Origin: a virus
Lineage: Duplodnaviria; Caudoviricetes
DNA: 64,000 nucleotides
Strand: one strand, 5' to 3'
Virus record (IMG/VR): IMGVR_UViG_3300031134_000004
Location: 64,001 to 128,000 of that record
A model generated the notes under the pieces. The model was not told the DNA's origin and did not search any database. It saw only the letters and a list, made by a program, of their open reading frames with translations. This document shows, piece after piece, positions 29,433-38,082 of this stretch (its first letter is position 1; each line of letters opens with the position of its first letter). Both the position numbers and the translations under genes were made by a program.

Positions 29433-30024
29433 ACAAATTCGCTCGAATGACGAAGTCGTGGCAATGGCCATGATCACCAAACGGCTCATTCACCGCAATG
29501 GTTGCAACTCCCACGAATACGTCGTGAGCGATCCTGCGGGCAATGAACTGTTCGTCATCGGCGTTGGTGGTGTGTTCGTCGGTAAAGAGATGTACGCAAC
29601 CGATGCGCCCATGCATCGCTTGATCGAACAGTCGGCAAAGGAGCAAGACCTTAACACTACTGCCGGCACTATCTCGTTCCTGTCCGAGCAAGCAGCCCTT
29701 AATAATCCGCCTCGCGCTGAAGAACTCACGCGCGATGAAGCAGAAATCCCAGGGTACGTTCGCATTCATTCGAAGAAGACGGACTGGTTCGTGGGCTTGT
29801 CAACGCAAAAGCTGATCCCTAACAAGTTCGCTGAAGTTGTCAAGTACCTGAACGAAAAAGCACCACAGCCTTACACCGAGCAGCAACTTGCGACCATCGC
29901 TATCCACGAAGATCGCCGGCGCCTGAGTGCCGGTTACACCATCACGCTTAACATTTCGGGTGATGGTCCAATGGAAGTGGCGTTCCTGTCCGGCCCGATC
30001 GAGGACTACCCAGTAACACCTTAA
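29422..30024 (+). CDS. hypothetical protein
   Basis: gagga SD before MNTKQIR. Confidence 0.7.
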   Translation: MNTKQIRSNDEVVAMAMITKRLIHRNGCNSHEYVVSDPAGNELFVIGVGGVFVGKEMYATDAPMHRLIEQSAKEQDLNTTAGTISFLSEQAALNNPPRAEELTRDEAEIPGYVRIHSKKTDWFVGLSTQKLIPNKFAEVVKYLNEKAPQPYTEQQLATIAIHEDRRRLSAGYTITLNISGDGPMEVAFLSGPIEDYPVTP

Positions 30025-30111
30025 CCATTTATTACTGCAATCGTGCTTGTATGAATCTAGCCCATAGGTTCATACAGCCGATTGCCCTTTATGATCAAAC
30101 AAGGAAAATAA

Positions 30112-30579
30112 ATGAGTAGCGAGAACGAATCAAGCAATGGTCTGCGCGACTACGAGATGTACGATGGTCCTGACCGTGAGCACAATCTGGGCGTTATTCG
30201 TGATGTCAATGCAGCGATTAGCCCGCTGGTTATTCAGTCTGTAGAAAAGCACAACCTGGGTGGTTTCTTGACGCGTCACCATCCTAAGCAGCTAGACTAC
30301 GGTCAGCTCGTACACCGTGGCTGGCTCAAAGACGGCTCGCCCTTTAACATCTACGAACGGGGCTTTATTCTCGTACGACGCAAGAAGGGTGACGAACCGC
30401 AGGAAGTTGGCGAACACTTCACACGTCAAAATGTGCTCAATAGCGGCTCGTACTTTTGCGAGGCCGAACTGACACCATACCAGATCAAAGTTTTGACGGA
30501 ACGCATCCGTCACAATGACTACGCCAGTTACGATTTTACGCAACGCGATTTGCAATATCTGAAACTGATTCGAGAATAA
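30112..30579 (+). CDS. hypothetical protein
   Basis: AAACAAGGAA leader, 155 aa. Confidence 0.7.
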   Translation: MSSENESSNGLRDYEMYDGPDREHNLGVIRDVNAAISPLVIQSVEKHNLGGFLTRHHPKQLDYGQLVHRGWLKDGSPFNIYERGFILVRRKKGDEPQEVGEHFTRQNVLNSGSYFCEAELTPYQIKVLTERIRHNDYASYDFTQRDLQYLKLIRE

Positions 30580-30591
30580 GGACAACGATTC

Positions 30592-31899
30592 ATGGGTGGT
30601 TTGTCTGTACAGTGTGAGACCCCAGGTTGTTCAGAAAGGTACGATGGCGGTAATGGCACCACAAAGCCAGGACCCTATCGTCCTCAGGGGTATCATTTTA
30701 GTGAGAAAGCACGTATTCTTAAAGACGTCGCCACACTAGGATGGATTCACTTGAAAGAAAAGAATATCGACTACTGCCCCCAATGCGCAAATACCATGTA
30801 TGAGAGAATGAGAACAGCTCTCATGAAAGAACAAAACAGATCCATCGAGGAAGATAACATGACCGAACAAGTTACCGCACACATTCTGAACGATTCGCCA
30901 ATGGGCGTCATCAAAATCGAAGCCCTGGGTGAAGGACCATTTGGTGGCCACAACCACTACCTCATCACAGGCTTTGACAAGACCAAGAACCCCCACTACA
31001 GCGACCGCGATGCAGACATGGCGCATCACCGCGCTCAGACTGACATCTACTTCCAGCATGGCAATCCTGTACCCGATGGTCCGAACGGCATTACGATCGA
31101 AGTACTGCTCGCCATCGCCGCCCATCGCCTGGAAGGCTTCCAGAAAGGCAAGTTCGCTAACGAGCACAACGTGGTTGCCCTGGACAAGATCTACGGCGCC
31201 CTCGACGCTCTCAAAACGCGGGAGCTGAGTTACCTCAAACCTGACTCGGCACCCGACACGTCCAAGACTACGCACTTCCCGAATAAGGAACTGCAGTACT
31301 CGGTCAACACCTTGCGTGAATTCATGCATCTGTTTTCCAAAGACACGCTCGACAAAATGGAGCTGTGCCATTTCTCGGAAGAGTTGGTCGATCAGATGGA
31401 AGCAGAAGTTGGCGCGATGGATGTTTCGGAAATCATCAAGACAGAACTCATGGCTGCCATCCAGCGCTGCGCTGGCAAGTCCCTGATTTCGATCACCAAT
31501 ACGTCCGAGCAAGAACTGCCTGAACGCGTTGTCATGACCGATCCCGAAGAACTGTGCGACACTGCTTACTGGAGCGAATATCCACATCGCCCCATCAAAG
31601 CGCACGATGCTACGATTGAAGTGACCATTGTGACCGACGCCCGGCAAAGCGGCACCGACGTACTGGCTGAACACATTCGACGCACGCTCATCGACGGTGG
31701 TTACAAGCGGGTTGCGCAGTACGCCCGTATCGAAGAAGACGGTTCAGTCGATCCACGTCCAACCCATGGTTCGGACGCAAAACGGCTGGTGGAACTGTAT
31801 GGTCAGGAAACTGCTGACAAGATCATCGACAATCTGAAGAACGTCAACATCAAGATCGTCACTGACATCGTCGCAAGCAAGCAACGCACCCGGCAATGA
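30592..31899 (+). CDS. multidomain protein: N-terminal Cys4 Zn-ribbon-like region, Tad1-like signal-sponge domain and unknown C-terminal domain
   Basis: EGPFGGHNHYLI...IYFQHG...GPNGITIEVLLAIAAHRLEGFQKGKFANEHNVVALDKI aligns by eye with the Tad1 pattern EGPGGAYHEYVI...FQKG...DLLEIVRDRLKSFQAGPF...N..ALT. Confidence 0.7.
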   Translation: MGGLSVQCETPGCSERYDGGNGTTKPGPYRPQGYHFSEKARILKDVATLGWIHLKEKNIDYCPQCANTMYERMRTALMKEQNRSIEEDNMTEQVTAHILNDSPMGVIKIEALGEGPFGGHNHYLITGFDKTKNPHYSDRDADMAHHRAQTDIYFQHGNPVPDGPNGITIEVLLAIAAHRLEGFQKGKFANEHNVVALDKIYGALDALKTRELSYLKPDSAPDTSKTTHFPNKELQYSVNTLREFMHLFSKDTLDKMELCHFSEELVDQMEAEVGAMDVSEIIKTELMAAIQRCAGKSLISITNTSEQELPERVVMTDPEELCDTAYWSEYPHRPIKAHDATIEVTIVTDARQSGTDVLAEHIRRTLIDGGYKRVAQYARIEEDGSVDPRPTHGSDAKRLVELYGQETADKIIDNLKNVNIKIVTDIVASKQRTRQ

Positions 31900-32171
31900 A
31901 ACGCCACCAGCAGTTGCTCTTAATACTGCTGTACGGCGTCATGTCCTGCGCGATCGTATTGCCCGTCATGCGTTTTCTTGAAGCAACGCGTGTTTGGCAT
32001 ATCGAACGTGGGTACTACGAAATGCGGTACATGCGAGAACATAAGTGCTACCCAATTCCAGAACTGGAAAAGACGTACTTGATTCTTGAGTGCCAAGAAG
32101 GTCGGATGAATGCCGGTGACTTACGAGATCTCTCGTGGGACAACGTAGACATCAAGTTTCGTTTGTTCTAA
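31896..32171 (+). CDS. small membrane-anchored protein
   Basis: ATGA overlap; N-terminal TM segment. Confidence 0.6.
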   Translation: MKRHQQLLLILLYGVMSCAIVLPVMRFLEATRVWHIERGYYEMRYMREHKCYPIPELEKTYLILECQEGRMNAGDLRDLSWDNVDIKFRLF

Positions 32172-32173
32172 AG

Positions 32174-32207
32174 AAGTAGGGGACTTCGGTCCTCTGCTTT
32201 TTTTTTT
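32174..32207 (+). terminator. intrinsic terminator
   Basis: agtaggggac-ttcg-gtcctctgct plus a long T-run. Confidence 0.85.
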
Positions 32208-32449
32208 GCCGTCATAGACCCCTTTAGCCCAGTGAGACCAAATGGTCTTGCTGGGTTTTATGCCGCTGGTAATAAAGAGAAATTTAATTAATTCTATGAT
32301 TCTGTGATATTTTTTTACCTCTAGAATGTCGCATTGAGTCAAGGTATATTCGTCACTTGCTCTTGTGAAAACGCAAGGTGCATAATGGCTACGCACTGAG
32401 GTGTAGTGTTGTGCGCTAGTCTCCAAGCTTTCTTATTTAGGAAACAAAC

Positions 32450-33460
32450 ATGTCCAAGGCAATTCAAATCCACAGTGGTGTTCGTATCGGTGGTGCGCTC
32501 ACGCTGACGCTGGGTCAAACCCAGTTCCCAGCTAACCCGAAGCCGGGTCAGGTCGATCTCGTCAACCGTGGTCTGTATGGTTACCTCGACATCGGCAACG
32601 GCCTGCTGAGCTGGTATCCGCTGGTTAAAGCACCTGACACTTACCAGCACAACCAAGACGTTGCTGCTGAAGAGTGGGTCGTCAACCACCAACTCAACAC
32701 CGAAAACATCTGGTATCAAATCCAGGATGAAAACGGCCAGATGATCCTGCCAATGGGCGTGGACATCGTCAACGAAAACCAAGCCCGCCTGACGTTTAGC
32801 GAACCGGCTGTCGGTAAAGTACTGGTCTTGACGACCGGTGGTGAACGCGGTACGGCTGGTGCCGATGGCGCTGCTGGTAAAGATGGTGCGGCCGGTAAAG
32901 ACGGTGAATCGACTTACCAGATCGCTGTGCGTAACGGTTTCATCGGTACTGAAGTGCAGTGGCTCCAAAGTATCGTTGGTGCCGCCGGTAAAGACGGTAT
33001 CAATGGTGCTGACGGCAAAGACGGCATTAACGGTAAGGACGGCGCCAACGGCAAAGACGGTGCTAAAGGTGACACCGGTAACGATGGTCCGCGTGGTCTG
33101 CAAGGTCCAGCGGGCGGTACTGCCATTTACCTCGACAAAGGCACCAACGCCGTTGCAGGTGCCACCGTTACCTTCAACGCCACCGAAGCACAACATCAAC
33201 GCCTGCAAGTGGGCGCTGCGACCACGATCGCCCTTGCCGGCTGGCCTGAAGGCAATCACACGGGCGAACTGATGCTCGAGCTGGTCAACGGTGCTGCATT
33301 TACCTTGACCTTCCCAACCATCAAGTGGCTCAAGTCCGACGGTACGTTCGTTACCTCGTTTGCAGCATCGGACACGCCACTGCAAGCTAACGGCACGGAC
33401 TTCCTGCTGTTGTGGACGCGTGACAATGGTGCGACGGTCTACGGTAAAGTGATGCGTTAA
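32450..33460 (+). CDS. collagen-like fibre protein with HQLNT module and C-terminal adaptor-like domain
   Basis: G-x-y runs (GKDGAAGKDG, GPRGLQGPAG), one YQIAVRNGFIGTE repeat, ends in GKVMR. Confidence 0.75.
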   Translation: MSKAIQIHSGVRIGGALTLTLGQTQFPANPKPGQVDLVNRGLYGYLDIGNGLLSWYPLVKAPDTYQHNQDVAAEEWVVNHQLNTENIWYQIQDENGQMILPMGVDIVNENQARLTFSEPAVGKVLVLTTGGERGTAGADGAAGKDGAAGKDGESTYQIAVRNGFIGTEVQWLQSIVGAAGKDGINGADGKDGINGKDGANGKDGAKGDTGNDGPRGLQGPAGGTAIYLDKGTNAVAGATVTFNATEAQHQRLQVGAATTIALAGWPEGNHTGELMLELVNGAAFTLTFPTIKWLKSDGTFVTSFAASDTPLQANGTDFLLLWTRDNGATVYGKVMR

Positions 33461-33537
33461 TTCGTCTTACATAATCGCCCAAGACCCTCTACTTCGGTAG
33501 AGGGTTTTTCTTCGTCTCGATAAAAAAAAGGATACCC

Positions 33538-34620
33538 ATGTTTATCCGCACAATGATGTTCGCAGGTACGCCTAAAAAGCGCATCCCTACGCTTTGCGAA
33601 CTTTATATCTTTAACTCCAATGCTGATGACGTACGGGAAATGTACGGCGTTGACACTGGAAAGAGCACCTTCACAAAACTGCCCAATCCACCACGCGCTC
33701 CAGTTCAAACTTGGAATGCTGTGTATTCGCCAGACGGTAACTTCCTTGTTTTGGTGTTGCGTTACGCGCCGTTTCTTTCGCTGTTTCGTCGTGATTCTGC
33801 CGGTCAATATACCCCAGTTACGTTTGGAAACGTCACAGGCAATCCTCTGCCAAGCGAACCTGCTATCGATGGCGTGTCCTTTACGGCAGATAGTAAGCGT
33901 ATGGTTGCTGTGCCTTCAAGCACTGCCTTTCCACACGTTTATGAATTGACGGAAGACAAAAGTACGTATGCTTTTAAGTCTAGCTTGAGTGCCGGTAACC
34001 AAGGTACTGTCAGTTCTGCTATTGTCTCTCCAGACGGTACGCTGCTTGCTCTTTCTGCCAACGCCACTCGCGGTGCTTACATCTTCAAGTGGAATGGTAC
34101 GAATTATGCGTACTTCAACAGTTCCGCAGACTATGGAAATACTTCATTAGGCAATTCTCCAAAAATGCTGTGGACCAAAGACAGTCAGCGCCTTATCGCC
34201 GCCAATACTAACGAGAGCTATTCGTTGTTCATTTGGCGGCGCGGTGCCAACGATGTGTTCACTCGCATTCTCACTCGCGCCATCACCAACGGTGTTCGAA
34301 ATCTTGCGCTCAGTCCAGATGAAACCCATTTGATGACTGGTGGCGCGTCTTCCACTAAACTCTTACTGCAAGGCTTTAAGTGGGATGGTGCGAGCACGCT
34401 GACGGCTTTGTCTGTCACACCACTGCCTCCTAACAGTGTGGAGTCCTTCTCGTTCACCCCAGATGGTAACTATCTGGCAGTGGGTCACACGCAGTACAAT
34501 GCTTACAATTCCGCAGTGTCGATTTATGCACGCACGGGCGACGCTTATGCTCGTGTTGCAGCAGACTTTAGTACGTATCGCGCCACTGGTCGTGCTGTGT
34601 TCCGGCCTGTTCTTCAATAA
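33538..34620 (+). CDS. WD40-like beta-propeller protein 1
   Basis: Repeating (Y/F/V/L)(S/T)(P/A)D(G/S/E) blades about 45-50 aa apart. Confidence 0.8.
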   Translation: MFIRTMMFAGTPKKRIPTLCELYIFNSNADDVREMYGVDTGKSTFTKLPNPPRAPVQTWNAVYSPDGNFLVLVLRYAPFLSLFRRDSAGQYTPVTFGNVTGNPLPSEPAIDGVSFTADSKRMVAVPSSTAFPHVYELTEDKSTYAFKSSLSAGNQGTVSSAIVSPDGTLLALSANATRGAYIFKWNGTNYAYFNSSADYGNTSLGNSPKMLWTKDSQRLIAANTNESYSLFIWRRGANDVFTRILTRAITNGVRNLALSPDETHLMTGGASSTKLLLQGFKWDGASTLTALSVTPLPPNSVESFSFTPDGNYLAVGHTQYNAYNSAVSIYARTGDAYARVAADFSTYRATGRAVFRPVLQ

Positions 34621-34629
34621 GGAGAAGCG

Positions 34630-35688
34630 ATGTCTTCCCGCATGTTTAAATACCATACGCTGACAAACGCACCTAAAGTACTTCCCAAAAGGGTGCGGTT
34701 GTTTCTTGGCTCTGTAACGCAAAGTGCCATTGGTCGAATGTACCTTAACGATCCGAGTAAAGATACATTCGAGGCCACGCTCACACCTACGCTTCGTTCC
34801 AACGCATCCAACGCGCAGTTTAGTCCAGATGGTAAGTTCTTTGTGGTGACTTCGATGAATGCACCGTACGCAGTGTTGTTCCGTAGAGATGACGACGGCA
34901 ACTATGTGGAGGTTGCTGACAGTGGTCTGAACCCAACCAACGTCGCAAGCGTTGTCAAAGGAAAAAGCATTTGCTTTAGTACAGATGGTTCTATCTTAAC
35001 GTTTAGTGGTAATGGTTCGCGCTTGTATTTTTTCAGGCGTCGTGCAGATGGTTCCACGTACGACTTCGTCTCCAAGGTCGCCAGCTCGTCTGATTTTTCA
35101 GCACTGAGTCCCGATGGCCAGTACGCTGCTATCGCGGCCGGTGGTGACCAGCTGTACATGTACAAACGCAATGGTGACGTCTTTAGCTACTTGAATTTTT
35201 ACGACCTTAATTTAAGTAGCGGCAGCATTCAGCACGTGGTGTGGGGTAAAGATGGTAAGTACCTCTTTGTTTGCACAAGCAATGAATCACGCATACTTGC
35301 TATTGTGAGCTTTTTCAACGAAGTCATGACGCAGGTGAGTTCAGCAACTGGACCTGGTTATCCAGAATCCATCGCTGTGAGTCCAGATGGTCAGCACATT
35401 GCCATCACTGGGACTAATTACCAAAGTTCATTCCTGCAAATGTACAAATGGGAACCAACCATCCCGCGTCTTACCACGATTACGATGACAGGAAGACCTG
35501 CTGAAGCATCTTACGGTGCTGCGTTTAGTCCTGATGGTGTGTATTTCGCGTACGGACATCGCACACTCAATAACAGCAGTTTGAAAGTTTGGCGCCGTAT
35601 TGGCGATGCGTATATTTTGCTCAATACTGGCATTCCGGCGTTTCCTGAAAATTCCGGCTGTCGGCCAGTGTTTAGCCCTATTGTTTAA
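34630..35688 (+). CDS. WD40-like beta-propeller protein 2
   Basis: FSPDG, FSTDG, LSPDG, WGKDG and VSPDG blades; aggag SD. Confidence 0.8.
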   Translation: MSSRMFKYHTLTNAPKVLPKRVRLFLGSVTQSAIGRMYLNDPSKDTFEATLTPTLRSNASNAQFSPDGKFFVVTSMNAPYAVLFRRDDDGNYVEVADSGLNPTNVASVVKGKSICFSTDGSILTFSGNGSRLYFFRRRADGSTYDFVSKVASSSDFSALSPDGQYAAIAAGGDQLYMYKRNGDVFSYLNFYDLNLSSGSIQHVVWGKDGKYLFVCTSNESRILAIVSFFNEVMTQVSSATGPGYPESIAVSPDGQHIAITGTNYQSSFLQMYKWEPTIPRLTTITMTGRPAEASYGAAFSPDGVYFAYGHRTLNNSSLKVWRRIGDAYILLNTGIPAFPENSGCRPVFSPIV

Positions 35689-35702
35689 TAAAAGGATTCA
35701 TC

Positions 35703-36734
35703 ATGTCTTCACGGCTGTTTAAGCACCAAATGGCGAGTACGGCTCGTCCTCCAGTTCAGCCCCATCTGCTCAATTCGATGGCAGATATTTACGGCTTTAA
35801 TAACAAGACCGACACGTTCACAAAACAAGGTCGCATCCCGGCAGTTGAGCCATCCTCGACCATGTCGTATAACGGCATCCACGTCTCGCCCGATGGCCGT
35901 TACGTCGTGACCACCACGTCGACCACCGGTGTGGTTGATGCCAATGCTGTTTATAAGCGCACTGCGGGCGGTTATGTGCGGCTGTCATTGCCTAACTCGT
36001 CAGGTGAGTTCAATAGCGTTTGCTGGAGTAAAGACAGCAAAAACCTGTTAATTGGTAACGGCAGTACGCTTCGCTGGTATCGTCTCAACGCTGACGGACA
36101 ATTCGTACAAGTGACAACGCTTGGGTTTGCTTATCGCGTCATGAGTATCGCGCTGTCGGAGTCCGGTAAGTTTTTGGCAGTCTCGCAGCAACTGACTGTT
36201 TTCTTGTACATGTATCCAATTGATCTTGTTACGGGTAAATTTGGCGCATCGATGAGCGTTGGCACGCAGCCAGGTAACTACGCAGCGAAGATCAAGTTTG
36301 TTGGAAGTGATTTGCTGTATTTCGGCACTTCTTCCAGTGGCGGTAACTTCATTTATTCGATTAATGAAACTACCGGTGCAGTCACCCGGTCTGTACCGAC
36401 AGGTGCCTCCAGCACTTACGCGTATTCGATGGCTGTGAGTGCCGACAATAAGTACGTCGCTGTGGGTCGTCTTCAAGGTCTGGATTATTACGCTTACGAC
36501 AGTGCAACGCGGTCGTACCGGAAAATCTACGAGAATCTCTTCGGTGCTCGTACGCTGGATGTGGCGTTTTCCAAAGACGGCAACTACCTCGCTCTGGCAC
36601 TCAACGCTGCGCCGCACGTGCTCGTTTATCGTCGTGTGGGTGACACGCTCGTACAACTTACCATCCCTGCTGCTACTGTGCCTCCAACGGGCGGCATGAA
36701 CGGTGTGGGTTTTGCAGAACCAGACGGGTACTAA
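35703..36734 (+). CDS. WD40-like beta-propeller protein 3
   Basis: VSPDG, WSKDS, LSESG, VSADN and FSKDG blades; aagga SD. Confidence 0.8.
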   Translation: MSSRLFKHQMASTARPPVQPHLLNSMADIYGFNNKTDTFTKQGRIPAVEPSSTMSYNGIHVSPDGRYVVTTTSTTGVVDANAVYKRTAGGYVRLSLPNSSGEFNSVCWSKDSKNLLIGNGSTLRWYRLNADGQFVQVTTLGFAYRVMSIALSESGKFLAVSQQLTVFLYMYPIDLVTGKFGASMSVGTQPGNYAAKIKFVGSDLLYFGTSSSGGNFIYSINETTGAVTRSVPTGASSTYAYSMAVSADNKYVAVGRLQGLDYYAYDSATRSYRKIYENLFGARTLDVAFSKDGNYLALALNAAPHVLVYRRVGDTLVQLTIPAATVPPTGGMNGVGFAEPDGY

Positions 36735-36897
36735 TCGCGCCTGTGTTTTGTGCGTAATTTCAGTAAGGAAAAGGAGAGTAAGACCATCTCCTTTTCTTGT
36801 TTTTAGCTTGCTTAGCGGTATTTTTTAACTGCTAATTCTATAGTGTTCAGCCTGCAATATAGGCTGTTCTTTTCTGTGTAATTAAAGGATCACAATC

Positions 36898-37437
36898 ATG
36901 TCCCTCGTACGTATCCGCGCTACCGGCGAAGTCGTTCTGCGCTCGGTGTTTGCTAAAACCCTGCCAAACGTCAGCCTCGCTGATAACCTGACCGACTACG
37001 AATTCAATCTGTACGGATTCGACGAAGTCAAACAAGTTCCACAACCGAATGTCGAGAAGTTCGAGAACGTCAAGTATCTGGGCGTTGTGCAGCTCGAAGA
37101 CGGTTCGTTCGCCCAAGGTTGGGAAGTCACCCCAATGGAGCAAGACGAGATCGACGAAATCACCACGCGCGAACTCGAACAACTGCGCAGCGAAGCGAAA
37201 GCCGAGCGCCAAGCGCTGGTCGATCTGATCGTCGTTGACATCAACGGCAAGAAGTTCGACGGCGACGAAACCAGCCAGAACCGCATGAGCCGCGCGATCC
37301 TCGCACTGGAATCGGCCGGCCGCACCAGCACCAACTGGATGCTGCACGACAATCAATTCGTCGAAGTCACCCTGGACGAACTGAAGCTCGCGCTGCAAGC
37401 TGCTGGCGAAGAGCAAACTCGCCTCTGGGCTATCTAA
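36898..37437 (+). CDS. tail fibre assembly-like protein (DUF4376-like C-terminus)
   Basis: RIRATGEV N-terminus, QGWEV, and DGDETSQNRMSRAI...WMLHDNQFVEVT. Confidence 0.7.
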   Translation: MSLVRIRATGEVVLRSVFAKTLPNVSLADNLTDYEFNLYGFDEVKQVPQPNVEKFENVKYLGVVQLEDGSFAQGWEVTPMEQDEIDEITTRELEQLRSEAKAERQALVDLIVVDINGKKFDGDETSQNRMSRAILALESAGRTSTNWMLHDNQFVEVTLDELKLALQAAGEEQTRLWAI

Positions 37438-37504
37438 GTAGTCCGGCATAAGAGCAGGGGGTAATTCCCCTGCTTTTTATTCTGTGTTTTAAAAAGGGTC
37501 AAAG

Positions 37505-38056
37505 ATGAGTGACGTTATCAAAAACTTTGACAGACCAAGTAAAGAGATCCTCATGGATCTTATCTACCAATCGAACAAGTATCGCGTACCCGTTCAGCAT
37601 ATCACTTTTGGTTTGCCTGGACCGCTCGATATCTACCCTGACATTCTGACCGATGAGAACACGTTCGTTCCCGTCGTTGTTAATGCGGTGTTCGATGACC
37701 GATTTGATGGCCGAAACGGTTTCATGTACCGTCGCCTGTCGCTCGCAGAAGAACTGGTAGAAGACGAGTCTGTCACCTTTGATCTGCCGGAGTTCCCTTT
37801 CCGCATGGTGGAAATCCTCCCGCTGATCAACCAAAAGTTTCACACGCAACTGGAAGCTGGCGACATCGAGAATACCTTGGTGGAAAGCCCAGCGCAACTG
37901 GTTGTCCGTGCGAGTGAGTATTCCTTAGTGTGGGTCGATTCAGTGCGCTTTAACCCAGGCGGCTACGTGCCTGTCGTGGGACGCCTTTTGGAAGACGGCT
38001 CTGCCCGTCTGATGGAAGACGGTTCGGTGCGCTTGCTCGAAGATCCACCTATCTAA
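37505..38056 (+). CDS. virion structural protein (YRRL-type jumbo phage paralog domain)
   Basis: FMYRRLSL motif; C-terminal LLEDGSARLMEDGSVRLLED. Confidence 0.6.
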   Translation: MSDVIKNFDRPSKEILMDLIYQSNKYRVPVQHITFGLPGPLDIYPDILTDENTFVPVVVNAVFDDRFDGRNGFMYRRLSLAEELVEDESVTFDLPEFPFRMVEILPLINQKFHTQLEAGDIENTLVESPAQLVVRASEYSLVWVDSVRFNPGGYVPVVGRLLEDGSARLMEDGSVRLLEDPPI

Positions 38057-38082
38057 TAGGTTCAAGAAAGAGAGAATGTGAT

